Position numbers and translations under genes: made by a program
The notes under the pieces: model-generated
The model's database searches: none
What the model saw: the letters and a program-made list of their open reading frames with translations, nothing else
Told to the model about the DNA's origin: nothing
Shown: piece by piece, positions 1 to 13,575 of the stretch
Position numbering within the stretch: the first letter of the stretch is position 1
Layout of the letters: each line of letters starts with the position of its first letter
DNA from: Malacoraja senta
Taxonomy: Eukaryota
Direction of reading: 5' to 3'
Assembly: GCA_038087875.1 (NCBI GenBank)
Contig: JAXLNO010000107.1
Location: 1-64,000, forward strand
DNA: 64,000 bases

Positions 1-109
1 AATAACATGTATGTATACTTGTGGTGTGAATTGTGTGATTTTGAACGTACAGCAAACCCTCGTTTTACCGGAGGATTTCAGTTATAGTGGACCGTATCTG
101 TTGTAGACA

Positions 110-213
110 AAATCTTCAGTCTAAAGAAGGGTCTCGACCCGAAACGTCACCTATTCCTTCGTTCCATAGATGCTGCCTCACCCGCTGAGTTTCTCCAGCA
201 TTTTTGTCTACCT
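110..213 (+). mobile_element. Short Penelope-derived element (pLTR 3' end) with degenerate hammerhead motif
   Basis: Matches the 3' end of the Penelope pLTR at 53315-53414. Flanked by a 13-bp TSD tctgttgtagaca (97-109 and 214-226). Confidence 0.75.
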
Positions 214-404
214 TCTGTTGTAGACAGAATTCGTTGTTTCATGGAATGACCGTTAATTGGATGGAGCAAATCTTAGTTTAGTTTTTGAAAATGGCACTGT
301 ACATTGATATCGTTCTGGTTTTTTTTACTGTCCTTGCTACTGTACTAATAGTGTTTTGAACATTTTGGAGAATTACACATTAGAATAGTGTTTTGGAAAC
401 CATT

Positions 405-755
405 TTAGCTTAGTTTATTTTAGAGATACAGTGTGGAAACATCGAGTCCGCGCCGACCAACAATCACTCGTACACTAGTTCGATCCTACACACTATGGAC
501 AATTCACAGTGCGCAGGATAGAACTACTGTACTAATTCTATCTTTCCTCCCACATTGTCTTTCTAATGTGGGAGGAAAGATGAACCACTATAGTAGTTCC
601 ATCCTACACACTATGAAATGTCCTTATTTTGTAGGATAGAACTGGTGAACCAGAGCACCTGGAGGAAACCCACTGTTTCACAGAGAGCACCCGAGATTAG
701 GATCGAACTCTGGTCTCTGGCCCGGTAATGCAGCAACTCTACCGTGGTGCGTCTC
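405..755 (-). mobile_element. Degenerate tRNA-derived V-domain SINE (HE1-like)
   Basis: Reverse complement of the V-SINE core (gtgggtttcctccaggtgctctggtt), a B-box-like gttcgatcc, and a (ctaaa)n-type tail near 405-425. Confidence 0.5.
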
Positions 756-1684
756 AAGATAATATGTATTTTGTGTCCTTTACTGTTTATTGTGTAATGC
801 ATGTTGGCTGTTTTTTCAATCTTACTGTACATATGAACCACCTTATTCGGTTATCGCGGACAATCAGCAATAATGGACACTATCTCCCCTCATGTAGTCC
901 GTTATAGCAAAGATTTATTGTAATTGAGAACTATACAATTTATTTTGTTGCCCTACAAACTCCTTCTCCTACCTCCTATCACCACCACCCCTTGGTGTAA
1001 TGGATGAATCTTGCCCAGAACTCAGCTCTGCAGTCTAGGATCTCTCCTTGTATTGGTCATGTTTACATTTCACGTCTTCATCTCCTTATGTGCACTTGTG
1101 CTACAGTCATTAGTGCCTTCAAAAGAAACTGAAATAAAAGTTGACTGCAAGAAGTTAGAACTATTGGGATTTTTCATGGCTGAACTTGAGAAATGCAGTG
1201 TTCACTTTAGCAGGCTGTGCCAGACTTTTGAATAAGGAACTGTGACTTATAACAGCAGTTTTAGTTTTGTTGAAGACAAGGCATACCATCTGAAGATATA
1301 TTGTCACTTCCTGTTCATTCAAGTGGATAAAGGAAGATGGGGTGTTATCTTAATACCTTGAGTGAAAAATGGGAGGAGTAAATAAGGCAAAAGAGGAATG
1401 TTAAGGGTTTATATAAATGGCCAGACGTGGGTGAAATGTATCTCGGGCTGTTAAAAGAGTAGGGGAAGAAATTGAGTAGGCTTTGACTATAATTCCACAT
1501 TCCTTCCTAGCTGTGGAATGTTGCCAGAGGATTATTGGACTGCAAATGTTGTACAATCTTTCAAAACAATGTGGCGGGATCAATAATTTGTTTAACTTGA
1601 ATGATGGGGAAATGGTGGGCTGGCAATGCTTAATTGAGGTATTTGAAATTGAGTGACAGAATGATCAAAAATCAGGGGAAATTT

Positions 1685-2560
1685 TGTTGCACCCTTTCCA
1701 ATTTAATTACATCCTTCCGATAGCAAGGCGGCCAGAACTGTATACAATACTCCAAATGTGGCTTACCGACATCCTAATTCCTGTACTCAATACACTGACC
1801 GATGAAGGCAAGCGTGCAGAATGCCTCCTTCACCACCCTGTTTACTTGTGTTGCCATGTTCATAGAAATAGGTCTCTCTAATCCACAATAATCCTCTACG
1901 ATTTACTGTATACGTTCTTTCCTGGTTTGTTCTACCAAGCTGCAACACCTTGCATTACTTGATTTAAACTCCATCTACCCATAAACTCAATCTTGGCCCA
2001 TAGGCTCTGTTGTTCAAGATCCATTATAATCTTAGATAACCTTCACTGTCTACGACACCATCAATTTTAATGTCATCTGTAAATTTTCTGACCATGTCAT
2101 GGACATTCATATCCAACTTGTTAATATCAAATGACAGTGCAACCAGCACTGCACCTTGGGTACACCAATTGTTACAAGCTTACAGTCTGAAAAAAAAAGC
2201 TGTCCACCAACGTCCTCTGTTTCCTACCTTTAAGCCATTCAAGTTAATGAGGCATGATTTCCCATGCCCAATATCCCTAATTAATCTTGTCCTTCAAAAT
2301 GCATGTAGATATTATCTCTCAGAATCCCCGCTAATGACTTATGCCAATGACAATGACGTAAGGCTCATTGGTCTGTAGTTCCCAGGCTTTTCCATGCAGC
2401 CTTTCTTAAATAGAGACACAGCATTAACTACCCTCCACTCTTTTGGCACCTCACCATTGGCTATGGATGGTACAAATATCTCTGCCAGTGGGTCTGCAAT
2501 TTCTGACCGAGCTTTCTACATTGTCCTAGGATACACTTGATCAGCTCCAGGGGAGTTATT
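1685..2560 (-). mobile_element. Old degraded CR1 LINE fragment
   Basis: Similar to the CR1 RT and 3' region at 34.3-36.1 kb (e.g. tgtcatctgtaaattt, ctttcttaaatagag). Confidence 0.55.
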
Positions 2561-3511
2561 GAATTGGCGTTCCCCGTGGATGATTTTTTAATGTGGGATA
2601 GCAAGCAATTGCATAACAATCGCTGCACAGATTTGACAGAGCTGGGTCCTGATCCAATAGCAGGAGAGTACAAGGTTACTGAAGATCAAGCTCTGCTACA
2701 GGGCTAGATGATGTGTGGGTAGCACTTGATTAATTCATTCTATCTGATAGTTTCCTTCTGCTTGCCCAATTTCCAGTTAGGATTATAAACATTAATGGAA
2801 TGTATATTCTAGAAAGAAAGGACCTAATTGTTAAATATCATTAACTTAAGGGAATAGGGAAAGCGCACCAGTGAAAGACTAGAATGTGGAGAGAAATGCA
2901 CGGCTAGGTTTGAATGCATATATTAAATTAAAATGGAGGCTGGGATTCTTTATGAAGTGTTGTGTCAAAAATTAACCTTTCCAGGTTGGTACAGAATGTC
3001 ATAATAATAGAATGGTATTAGCACAGAAGGAGGTCATTTTGTCCTAGTCTATCCTAGCTGACTCATAAAACATTGTAGTTAGTCTACTCCCTTGCCGTTC
3101 CCCATGGCGCTCTAATGCATTTCTTTCGCATACCGATCAAGTTCTTTTTCAAAAGCCACAATTTAATCCATCTCTGTAACCTTGCAGAGCCATTTTATAT
3201 GTTAGCCACTCACCTCAATTGTTTTGTAAGGAGTTTCCTAGTGCAACTGTTAGTTATTTACCCAGCCAATTTAAATCTGTGTTTATCCTTTTACTAATGG
3301 GAAAAAAAATTCTATCTACTGTAATTAGAACCCTGATGATTATCAATTGGGAAAAATTCCTTGCTCGTGGGAGAACAGCCCCTGTTTTCGTCTTTTCCTC
3401 ATCCCGGGTGAACATTTTCTACACCCTTTTCAAGGTCTTCGCATCCTTCTAAAAGTACATTGTCCAGAATTAGAAACCGTACTCTAGTTGTGACTGAGCC
3501 AGTGCTTTATA

Positions 3512-4486
3512 GAGTAGCAATGTTACAAAATGTAGAGATTTTAAAAATAAAGTCTGCAATTTATCCCATCAGATAAAGCATAAAAAGAAGTTTAATTTGA
3601 CACCTAATTCACTTTCATATCTTCAGTATTAAAAAAGTAATGGCCATTTTCATACTCGGAAATTAGCATCTTGTTCCCTATTGCTTTTCCATTGACTTAA
3701 CACAAAAGCTGTGATCGAGGACAGTCAAAAGCCCATAACTTTCTTAAAAATTAAGAGAACTGAAAGAAATTTTCAGTTATTATAAATTGAAGCATTCTGA
3801 AACAAATATGAAACAATCTTACTTAGATGACATGAAATTAAAGCATATAATTAGTTAGTTACCTAATTGTAGCTAATTACAAAATTCAATTAGTAATTAA
3901 TAACACAAGAATTCACAATATAACATAATTTTTAAATCTCATTGTCATGGATTTACAGGCCAAATGGAAGGAATTGAATGTTTAGTACCTGTAAATTAAT
4001 GGCCATTTAAATCATCTTGCGAGTGAGGTTTTCTGGAACGCGATCATTTGGAACGTTAATTTGCGATGAATTTAACCCCGTATCGGCATGAAAAATTCTG
4101 CCGTTGGGGGAAAAGAATCACCGTTTCGCATTAAAAAATATGAATTAAAGGCTTCTTAAGAAGCACTTTTATACAAAAAAATAAACTACTTTCATTTACC
4201 TGTCCCGTGTGTGAAATCCGTCCCCGTTGTCGGCGTTGACGGCTTTCGAAGCTGATTTTAAAATGACTCCAGCGCTGACATTGTCGATTTAATAAAAATA
4301 AAAAATACACAAAACGCCCATAGGAACGATTTTTCAGCAAACGCTTGTACTCCAACGAAATATAATACAGGACAAGGTAGGAGAAACCCGCGTTTTAACC
4401 CCGTCCCCCCCTTAAAGGCGCCAAAATCGCACACACGGCCAGTGGCAGAATTACAGCGCCGCTGAAGGTAAGTATTGTAACATACC
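3512..4486. mobile_element. Putative non-autonomous DNA transposon inserted in a CR1 relic
   Basis: Flanked by TATA on both sides (3508-3511, 4487-4490). Imperfect subterminal inverted motif atgttacaa/ttgtaacat. CpG-richer right half. No ORF. Confidence 0.45.
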
Positions 4487-4999
4487 TATATAAAGATGGC
4501 TCATGATTTCAGTTTTTGTACACAGAACTTCTGTGAAGCCCAGGATTACATATGTTTTTTTAACCATTTGTCAAACTGCTCAAACACATTTGAAAGATTG
4601 TAATATACACAACATCTCTCTGTTCCTGTGGAACAATTCCCTGTCGAGTTGTGTTCTTTATATTATACTGTTCTCTCCCTGTTTGTCCCATCAAATGTCC
4701 TCTTTGCCATTGTTCATTTGCCTTATGTGGTCATTCCACAAGATTATCTGTTGTCTGGAAGTGTATTACAATTTTTCCAAGTTTGGTGTTGACTGAATGT
4801 TTTGAATTAGTTTCCTGTATATACACATCCATGTCATTAATAAATATCAGCGGAAGCCAAGGTCCCCGCAAAGTCTTCTGGAGAAGCCGCTTCTGTAACT
4901 TGGACATTTTCTCATCCATGCTGCCACTATGACTATTAATGCATGAACTTTATCCCTATTGAAAAGCCTATTATATGACATTTTATCAAATGTCATCCT

Positions 5000-5286
5000 G
5001 TCAGGTCGGGGGGAGTTCCCCCCGCCACGGGTACCATGTAATCCCGTGCTACCTGCTCCATGGTCGGATAGTCGGCGACTAAACCGTCTCCCCCACCTGG
5101 TTTGTCAGGTGAGGAGGGGGCTGTGGACCTCCAGCAGGATCAAAAACAAGACCTGTCAAAGGGCGGATGAGCTCCGAACGAGCCAACAGCCATCCACACT
5201 TCAGTAGAAGTTGCGATCACTGTCGTACATAGCATTGTAAGGCACTGTGCCCGTTGATGTTTTCAACGATGATGATGATGATGATT
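5000..5286 (+). mobile_element. Short non-LTR retroposon with (GAT)n tail (possibly RTE-derived)
   Basis: GC-rich body ending in gatgatgatgatgatgat; interrupts a CR1-like sequence. Confidence 0.4.
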
Positions 5287-5625
5287 GAAAGTCCAAATCC
5301 CCTCACCAGCTCTCTGTAACTTCATCAAGATCTTCTATCACATTCAAATTAAACACAATTTCATCTGTAAAGTACTCAGTGGGACAGGCTGAATGAAAGC
5401 TTATTTATTTCAGCTGATTAATGTGGAAAAGTAAATAATGTGAGATATGTGAGAATGTTCTTGATTTTTTTGTTGCCATCTATCTTCTTTTTACGTCTCC
5501 CCAGACAGACCAGTTGCAATTAACAAACTTTTATCATTCTCTTAACTGGTGCTGCCACAATCTTGTCTTTCTTGGTCTTCAACCTGCCAAAGACATTCAG
5601 ATGTGGATATACAGGAAACTAACTA

Positions 5626-5722
5626 GTCTGAAGAAGGGTCTCGACCCAAAATGGCACCCATTCCTTCTCTCCAGAGATGCTGCCTGTCCCGCTGAGTTAC
5701 TCCAGCTTTTTGTGTCTATCTT
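5626..5722 (+). mobile_element. Short Penelope-derived hammerhead-motif element
   Basis: gtctgaagaagggtctcgaccc...gatgctgcctgtcccgctgagttactccagc; same family as 110-213. Confidence 0.7.
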
Positions 5723-5885
5723 CATCTTAAAGACATTCACTTGTTCTCTCCATTCCTTAAAATATGTTTGTCCTCTAACCTTTCCTGGTTCCAAAGTAAG
5801 GTCATCAACCTGAAACATCAATTCTGCTTTTCTCACCAGAGATGCTGCCTGATTTGAGTATTTCCAAAATTGCTTGTTTTAAAAG

Positions 5886-6166
5886 GAGGCACAGTGCACA
5901 GTTGCAACCTTAGAGAGACCCGGGTTTGATCCTGACTACAGGTGCTGTCTGTATAGAGTTTGTATGTTCTCAATGTGACCATTGTGACCAGGGTTTCCTC
6001 AGGATGCTCCAGTTTCTTCCCACATTCCAAACACATGTAGGTTTGTAGGTTAAGTCGCTTCAGTAAATTGTCCCTTGTGTATAGGATGGAACTAGTGTAC
6101 CAGTAATAGTTGGTTGGCACAGACTGGGTGGACTGAAGGGCCTGTTCATGCTGTATTACTAAACAA
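5886..6166 (+). mobile_element. V-domain SINE (HE1-like)
   Basis: B-box-like gggtttgatcc, V-core gggtttcctcaggatgctccagtttcttcccaca, and a CR1-type tail gaagggcctgt. Confidence 0.6.
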
Positions 6167-6934
6167 ATTTCAGATTTCCAGCATCAGCAAGTGGTTTTTT
6201 GCTAGTTTCCATTAATTAAAAAACATTTCCAAGTGACATTTAAATTGAGTTTGGATTATTGATTTTGCTTCACTTATAGTTGCTTGGCATATCATTTCTT
6301 TTTGATCTCTTTGCTGCATCTTGTGCTCCTCATCCACTGGTACCACCCCCCAGATGGTTCAGTTCCCTGATAACAGCAGGGAACAACCTGTTCCTGAGGT
6401 ATGTGTTTTCACATTTCTCTACCTCTTGCCTGGTGGGAGAGGGGAGAAGAGGGAATGACCGGGTGAGACTCATCCTTAATTTTGCTGGTGGCTTTGCTGA
6501 GGCAGCGTGAAATGTAGATAGAGTCAATGGAAGGAAGGCTGGTTTGTATGATGGTCTGGCTGTGTCCACAACTCTTTGCAATTTCTTGCGGTCTCGAATG
6601 GAGCTGTTCCCAAACCATGATGTGATGCATCCTGATCAAATGCTTTCTAGTGGGCTGATAAGTAAGTTTGCAGACAACACAAAAATTGTTGAGTTGTGGA
6701 TAGAGAGGAAGATTGTCAAAGGATTGAACAGGATACAGATCAGTTGAAAATATGGGATGTAGACCATGTTCAGGCCAATGCCATTAGTTTAAATTGGCAT
6801 TGTGGTCAACATAGATATCATGGGCTGAAGGGCCTGTTCCTATGCTGTGCTGTTGTGAAAGGAACAACAATTGTCTGTAATATGAATAATTAAATCTTCC
6901 CACAGATTTCCAGACATCACTGCAAATGAACAAT

Positions 6935-8600
6935 GTGAATAAGTTTATTGGCCAAGTATTCACATACAAGGAATTTGCCTTGGTGCTCTGCCCGCAAGTG
7001 ACAACATGACATACAGTAACAGTTAAGAATGATACATAAAACATTAAACATTAATAATAAAACATTATTGATTAAGCATGTGAATTAAATGAAATAACAG
7101 AGCAAAAGGAGGCTACAGATTTTTGGTTATTGAGTAGAGCTACTACTCGTGGGAAAAAAGCTGTTTTAATGTCTGGCTGTGGCAGCTTTGACAGTCCGGA
7201 GTCGTCTTCCAGAGGGAAGTGATTCAAAGAGTTTGTGGCCAGGGTGAGAGGGGTCCGAGATGATCTTACCCGCTCGCTTCCTGGCCCTTGCAGTGTACAG
7301 TTCGTCAGTGGAGGGAAGGTTGCAGCCAATAACCTTCTCAGGTGATCGGACGATTCGCTGCAGCCTCCGGGTGTCGTGCCCGGTGGCTGAGCCAAACCAG
7401 ACCACGATGGAGAAGGTGAGAACAGACTCTACGATAGCCGTATAGAATTGGACCTTCATTGCCTGTGGTAGATTGTGCTTCCTCAGCTGCCATAGGAAGT
7501 ACATCCTCTGTTGTGCCTTTTTGACCGTGGAGTCGATGGTAGCCCCCACTTAAGGTCCTTGGAGATGATGGTTCCCAGGAACTTAAAATACTCCACATAT
7601 GTGACTGGTGTTGTTGATGGTGAGTGGAATGAGGGGAGGGGGAGCTCTCTTAAAGTCTACAATCAATTCCACTTTCTTAAGAGCATTGAGCTCCAGGTTG
7701 CGATGGCACCAGGACGCCAGCTGTGACACTTCATGTCTGTAGGCAGATTCCTCCCCACCCTGGACCAGTCCAATCAGGCTCGTGTCGTCCGCAAACTTGA
7801 GAAACTTGACAGAGGAGTCAGTGGAGGTGCAGTCATTGGTGTAGAGAGAGTAGAGGAGAGGGGAGAGTACGCAGCCTTGCGGTGCTCCTATGCTGAGGGT
7901 TTGCGGGTCCAAGATGTGCTTTCCCAGCCTCACATGCTACTTCCGGTCTGTCAGGAAGCTGGTGATCCACCGACAGAGGGGTTCAGGCACAGTCAACTCG
8001 GAAAGTTTGGAGTGTAGTAGCTCTGGCACAATGGTGTTGAATGCAGAGCTAAAATCAACAAACAAAATCCTCGCATAGGTCGCCTGGCAGTCTAGGTGCT
8101 GGAGCATGAAGTGCAGGCCCAGGTTGACTGCGTCATCCACAGATCTATTGGCCCGATATGCAAACCAGCAGGGGATTCGTGATATTTTTCAACTTGGCCA
8201 CCACAAGCCTTTCAAGGGTCGTCATGACTACAGAGGTCAGTGGGACAGGCCTGTTGTCATTAAGACCAGTAATCCTTGCCTTTTTGGGTGCAGGGACAAT
8301 AGTGGAGACTTTGAAGCAGAGAGGGATAGTACAGGTTTGCAGGGACTGGTTGAAAATGTCTGTGTAGACCGGTGCCAGGTGTTCGGAGTAGAGGGGGAAA
8401 CATTGTCCGGTCCTGGAGATTTCCGGCTTTTCTGTCTTCTGAAAAGCCTCTCCACCTCCTCTATTTTTATTGTTGATGATGGAGAAGTGATGTTGTGCAG
8501 CACGGAGGGTGTGGGTAATTGGGTGTGAAGTGGTGATTGGAGAGGGGTGGGTGGGAAAGGGTCCAGTCTTTTCAGACTGGAGTCTTGCTTTAAGTGAATT
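6935..8600 (-). mobile_element. Rex1/Babar-type LINE, 5'-truncated, frameshifted RT
   Basis: ORF pieces [49 protein letters not shown] and PSHPGHKLFESLPSGRR; AATAAA followed by a short-repeat tail at the left end. Confidence 0.85.
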
Positions 8601-9624
8601 GCATGATTGAATGTAATGGTTTTGTCAAAAAACCTTGGTACAACATTGAAATAGCAGTGCAATTATTATGCTCTAGTACTTGATTTACTGGAAATGCTAA
8701 AAGCACATAAATTCGTGATGCGACCTTCACATGCTTGGATTGACTTTTGGCCAGAGAGCTGGCAAGGGAAAATCGTCTTTTAGACAGTGCTTGAAAGATG
8801 ATTACCCTTACCTTTTGGTGTGATTGATTTGGCTTCTGGTTTCCTGGTTCTTGGTGTAATTTGAAACAATTCATTTAAATGTACATGGTTTAATTGTGGT
8901 ATTGCTCACTCTTTGAGCACAGCACAATACATTAGAAGGAAGAAACGAGTTACCTACAAAATAAAATACCTGGTTATTTAGTGGTTAGTGTCATTAGTAG
9001 CATCGAGTGCTTGATTTTATCCTTGCTGGACAAATACAGATGGTGGATCACTTGTTAACACCTGTAATATTTAAAGTACACTTTCAGGAAAAGATAAATT
9101 AAGATGAAATTAGTTTAAAAAAGAAATATTTATATTTGCAAGATGCCTTCCATTTAATTCCAAAGTATGTTAAGACAAAAAGATACATTTTAATACGTAG
9201 TCATTGTGATCATGTTTGAACTGAAGAACTAAATTTGTGCAAAGGTCCTAACAGTTGTAAGATGATGACCAAGTCATTTATTTTGGATGCTGTTGGTTCA
9301 GGGACAAATGACATGCAGAAGTCTTCTCAGTAATATTGGTAGTGCGGCAAAGATTGCAAAAGAAAATCAATGTTCATGAAATGTAATTTTAAACATTTCT
9401 GCCTTCCTCGTTCCATGCATTTGAGGGCTTCATTTAATTTTAGCAATTTTAGCTCCAGACGTTTTACCTTACTGTCGGTTTGCTTTTGTAAATGAAAGTT
9501 GAATATTATGTCACTTGCCAAGTAAAACAGCTTTTCATAATTGAATTGATTACCTCACCTGGTTAGATCTTGTTCTTCAATAAGGAGCAAGGTGCAAGAG
9601 TGTCTCATACTCAAGCCAACTTGT

Positions 9625-10180
9625 TTACGATACGATAATACTTTATTGTCAGAGCAAGTCTGAAATTTTTTTTACATCACAGAAGCTCCATTTGCAGCAT
9701 CACAAAAAAGACAAGAGGGGCGAAAGAAGACAGGCATCAAGATATCAAGACAGGATCCTAAAATACCCACATTCGACAAGACATTACAATAACAGAAGAC
9801 CACATTTATGGCCCGTCAGCGTACGTTTGATCTGGGATTAAGCGCCGTGTTTAGTTCAAGGATTGACTGGTGCACAAAAGAGCCCCTCATTCTAACCTTA
9901 TTAAATTTTGGAACCCTATATCTCTCGGTTTGATGGTAACAAATTGTACTCGCTATTCAGAACGTGGTTAGTGTCAGAGGAAATGTTATTGGCCATCCTT
10001 AGTATGTTTTTAAGGTAGGATGATAGATACAATTTTTGTAGTGGTTGACCTACAATCTTTGAGCAAATTTTTATTTGTTGGAGCAGTTTAGATTTAGAAG
10101 TAGCAGACAAACCCTTGTATCCATGTAGTGTTACAATACTGCAAAACACTCATTATCACAGCAGTAAAAAATAATAAAAG
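9625..10180 (-). mobile_element. Old Rex1/L2-like LINE 3' fragment
   Basis: ORF remnant 'ANNISSDTNHVLNSEYNLLPSNR'; aataaa plus (tatcg)n tail near 9625-9647. Confidence 0.5.
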
Positions 10181-10676
10181 GATTTATTTATAATCAACTG
10201 GCTAATGACCCTTCTATTTTCTATAAAGTTTGTGTTTTTGAAAGGATGATTGTGGCTAGGCAACTGAAAATGTTTCATGGTTTGAGATAATAACATTTAA
10301 TTTCCAAATCAATAATCCAAATGGCAATTGTTTTGAGTCGATCATGATTTTGCTATAATAATATTGAATAATGACAAAATGATGCTTCTATCACCTCAAC
10401 GAGCACATTAACATAATAGAGGGACATATGAATACTTGTGGAAAATTAATCTTTCCTTCACTTTGTTTTAGATCTGATTGTAATGTTCAGAAAAGTATTT
10501 GATAGTGCAATTTTCACTAAACATTCACCATTGTAAGGGTAAAAATTAAATCTTTGATTGAGAAGACACAGCTTGGATTAAAAATGATTTGGACCAAAAC
10601 CTGGCAGAATTTAAAAGCCAGGAGGGGGCATACAGAGAAGATACATTGCCATTTTCCCTCCACCTCCAGTTAATTT

Positions 10677-11790
10677 AGTCAAGAGTCAAGTCAAGAGAGG
10701 TCTATTGTCATGTGTCCCAGATAGGACAATGAAATTCTTACTTGCTGCAGCACAACAGAATATGTCAACATAATACAGAATGGGAGATAAAGTTCAGTGT
10801 GTCTATATAGACCATATATACACAATAAATAAACAGATAAAGTGCAAGAGTAATAAGAGACTGTTATTGTTCAGAGCTTATTTGATATTGTGTTTAATAG
10901 CCTGATGGCTGTGGGGAAGTAGCTATTCCTGAACCTGGATGTTACAGATTTCAGGCTCCTGTACCTTCTTCCCGATGGCAACGGGGAAATGAGTGTGTGG
11001 CCAGGATGGTGTGGGTCCTTGATGATGTTGGCTGCCTTTTTGAGGCAGCGACTGCAATAGATCCCTTCGATGGTGGGGAGGTCAAAGCCGGTGATGGACT
11101 GGGCAGTGGTCACAGCTTTCTGCATTATTTTCCGCTCCTGGACGTTCAAGTTGCCGTACCAGGCCACGATGCAGCCAGTCAGTATGCTCTCTACTGTGCA
11201 CCAGTAGAAGTTCGAGAGAGTCCTCCTTCACATACCGACTCTCCGTAATCTTCTCAGGAAGTAGAGGCGCTGATTTGCCTTCTTTATAATTGCATTAGTG
11301 TGCTGGGACCAGGAAAGATCTTTGGAAATATGCATGCCCAGGAATTTGAAGTTTTTGACCTTTTCCGTTGATATAAACGGAATTGTGGGTCCCTATCCTA
11401 CCCCTTTCACAGTCCACAATCACTTCCTTGGTTTTGCTGGTGTTGAGAGCCAAGTTATTGTGCTGGCACCATTTGGTCAATTGGTCGATCTCACTTCTAT
11501 ACTCTGACTCATCACCATCTGTGATTCGTCCAACAACAGTGGTGTCGTCGGCGAACTTGATGATGGAGTTCGCACTATGTCCGGCTAAACAGTCATGAGT
11601 ATAGAGTGAGTACAGCAGGGGGCTGAGCACACCGCCTTGAGGTGCTCCCGTGCTGATTGTTATCGAGGATGACATATTTCCACCAATACGGACAGAGTGT
11701 GGTCTGTGGATGAGGAAGCCGAGGATCCAATTGCAGAGGGATGCGCAGAGACCCAGATCCGTGAGCTTGGTGACCAGCTTGGAGGGGATT
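10677..11790 (-). mobile_element. Rex1-type LINE 3' portion
   Basis: [21 protein letters not shown]...IIKFADDT and DPHHPGHTLISPLPSGRRY; (agtca/agag)n tail at 10677-10698. Confidence 0.85.
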
Positions 11791-12686
11791 ACAAAGAGGA
11801 TCGAGGAGCACTTCAAGAACAACTCCGACCCCCGGCGCATGTGGCAAGACATCCAGGCCATCACGGACTATAAACCCACCAACACCACCCCCACATCCAG
11901 CAACGCCTCCTTCCTTGAGGAGCTTAACCACTTTTATGGCCACTTTGACAGGGACAATCAAGAGATGGCCATCAAGACTGTGCTCCCTGCTGATCACCAG
12001 CCTCTCACACTCGCCCCCATCGACGTGTATGCTGCACTGAGCAGGATTAATGCACGAAAGGCTGCTGGCCTTGACGGCATCCCCGGGCGCGTCCTCAGAG
12101 CCTGTGCTGCACAGCTGACAGACGTCTGGACTGACATCTTCAACCTGTCACTTGCCCAAGCAGCTGTCCCCACGTGCCTTAAAACCACCTCCATCGTCCG
12201 GAAAGCACTGCAGAGGGTGATGAAAACTGCCCAACGCATCACCGGTTCCGCACTCCCCTCCATTGAGTCTGTCCATAGCAAGCGATGTCTGTGAAGGGCG
12301 TGCAGCATCGGCAAGGACTGCTCTCACCCCAACCACAGACTGTTTACCCTCCTCCCATCTGGGAGGCGCTACAGGTCTCTCAGTTGCCGGACCAGCAGGT
12401 TCAGGAACGGCTCCTTCCCTGCGGACCTTACTTAACTCTGCACCTTGGGGATTGCCAGTCATCCCCCTCCCCCCCGGACACTCCTTCCCCCAGTGACTGA
12501 TCTCCCCCCCCCCCCCGAAAATTGCACTACTGCTACTGTATATACATATATATACTTTACTGTTCCATTATTCTGTGTTCGCACTTCTGGGTGAGATGCT
12601 AACTGCATTTCGTTGTCTCTGTACTTGTACACTGACTTCAAACACAAGACAATGACAATAAAGTTTGAATCTGAATCTGAATCTGA
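11791..12686 (+). mobile_element. Second Rex1-type LINE fragment with a large internal deletion
   Basis: [14 protein letters not shown]...[15 protein letters not shown]...TTSIV joined directly to the C-terminal [16 protein letters not shown]; aataaa plus (gaatct)n tail. Confidence 0.8.
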
Positions 12687-13575
12687 AAAACCAAGCCATG
12701 AAGACAAAGGAATTGTCCGTAGACCTCCGAGACAGGATTGTGTCGAGACAGATCTGGGGAAGGGTATAAAACAATTTCTGCAGCAATGCAGGTCCTGAAG
12801 AGCACAGTGGCCTCCGTTGAACTCTTTGGCTTGAATGCCAAGCGTCACGTCTGGAGGAAACCAGGCACTGCTCATCACCTGGCCAATACCATACCTACGG
12901 TGAAGTATGGTGGTGGCAGCATCATGCTGTGGGCATGATTTTCAGCGGCAGGAACTGGGAGACTAGTCTGGATCGAGGGAAAGATGAACGGAGCAAAGTA
13001 CAGTGGTGAAAACCTGCTCCAGAGCGTCTGGACCTCAGACTGGGGCGGAGGTTCACCTTCCAACAGGACAACGACCCTAAGCACACAGCTAAGACAACGC
13101 AGGAGTGGCTTCGTGACAAATCTGTGAATGTCCTTGAGTTGTCCAGCCAGAGCCCGGACTTGAACCCGATCGAACATCTCTGGAGGGACCTGAAAATAGC
13201 TGTGCATCGACGTTCCCCATCCAACCTGACAGAGCTTGAGAGGATCTGCAGAGAAGAATGGGAGATATTACCCAAATACAGGTGTGCCAAGCTTGTGGCG
13301 TCAAACACAAGAAGACTTGAGGCTGTAATCGCTGCCAAATGTGCCTCAACAAAGTACTGAGTAAAGGGTCTGGATACTTATGTAAATGTGATATTTCAGT
13401 TATTTCTTTTTAATTACTTTGCAAAAATTTCTAAACACCTGTTTTCACTTTTTTATTATGGGGTATTGTGTGTAGATTGATGATAAAAAAAATTTTTAAT
13501 TCATTTTAAAATAAGGTTGTAACGTATCAAAATGTGGAAAAGGTGAAGGGGTCTGAATACTTTCTGAATGCACTA
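12687..13575 (+). mobile_element. Tc1-like DNA transposon, internally deleted, left end missing
   Basis: Transposase remnants PTVKYGGGSIMLW, FQQDNDPKH and SQSPDLNPIEHLW; right IR/DR ending ggggtctgaatactttctgaatgcact. Confidence 0.85.

Noticed and set aside
49..922. Tigger-like MITE spanning the window start
   Set aside because: The putative TIRs (cagcaaaccctcgttt / gttatagcaaagatttattg) are too degenerate to support the call.
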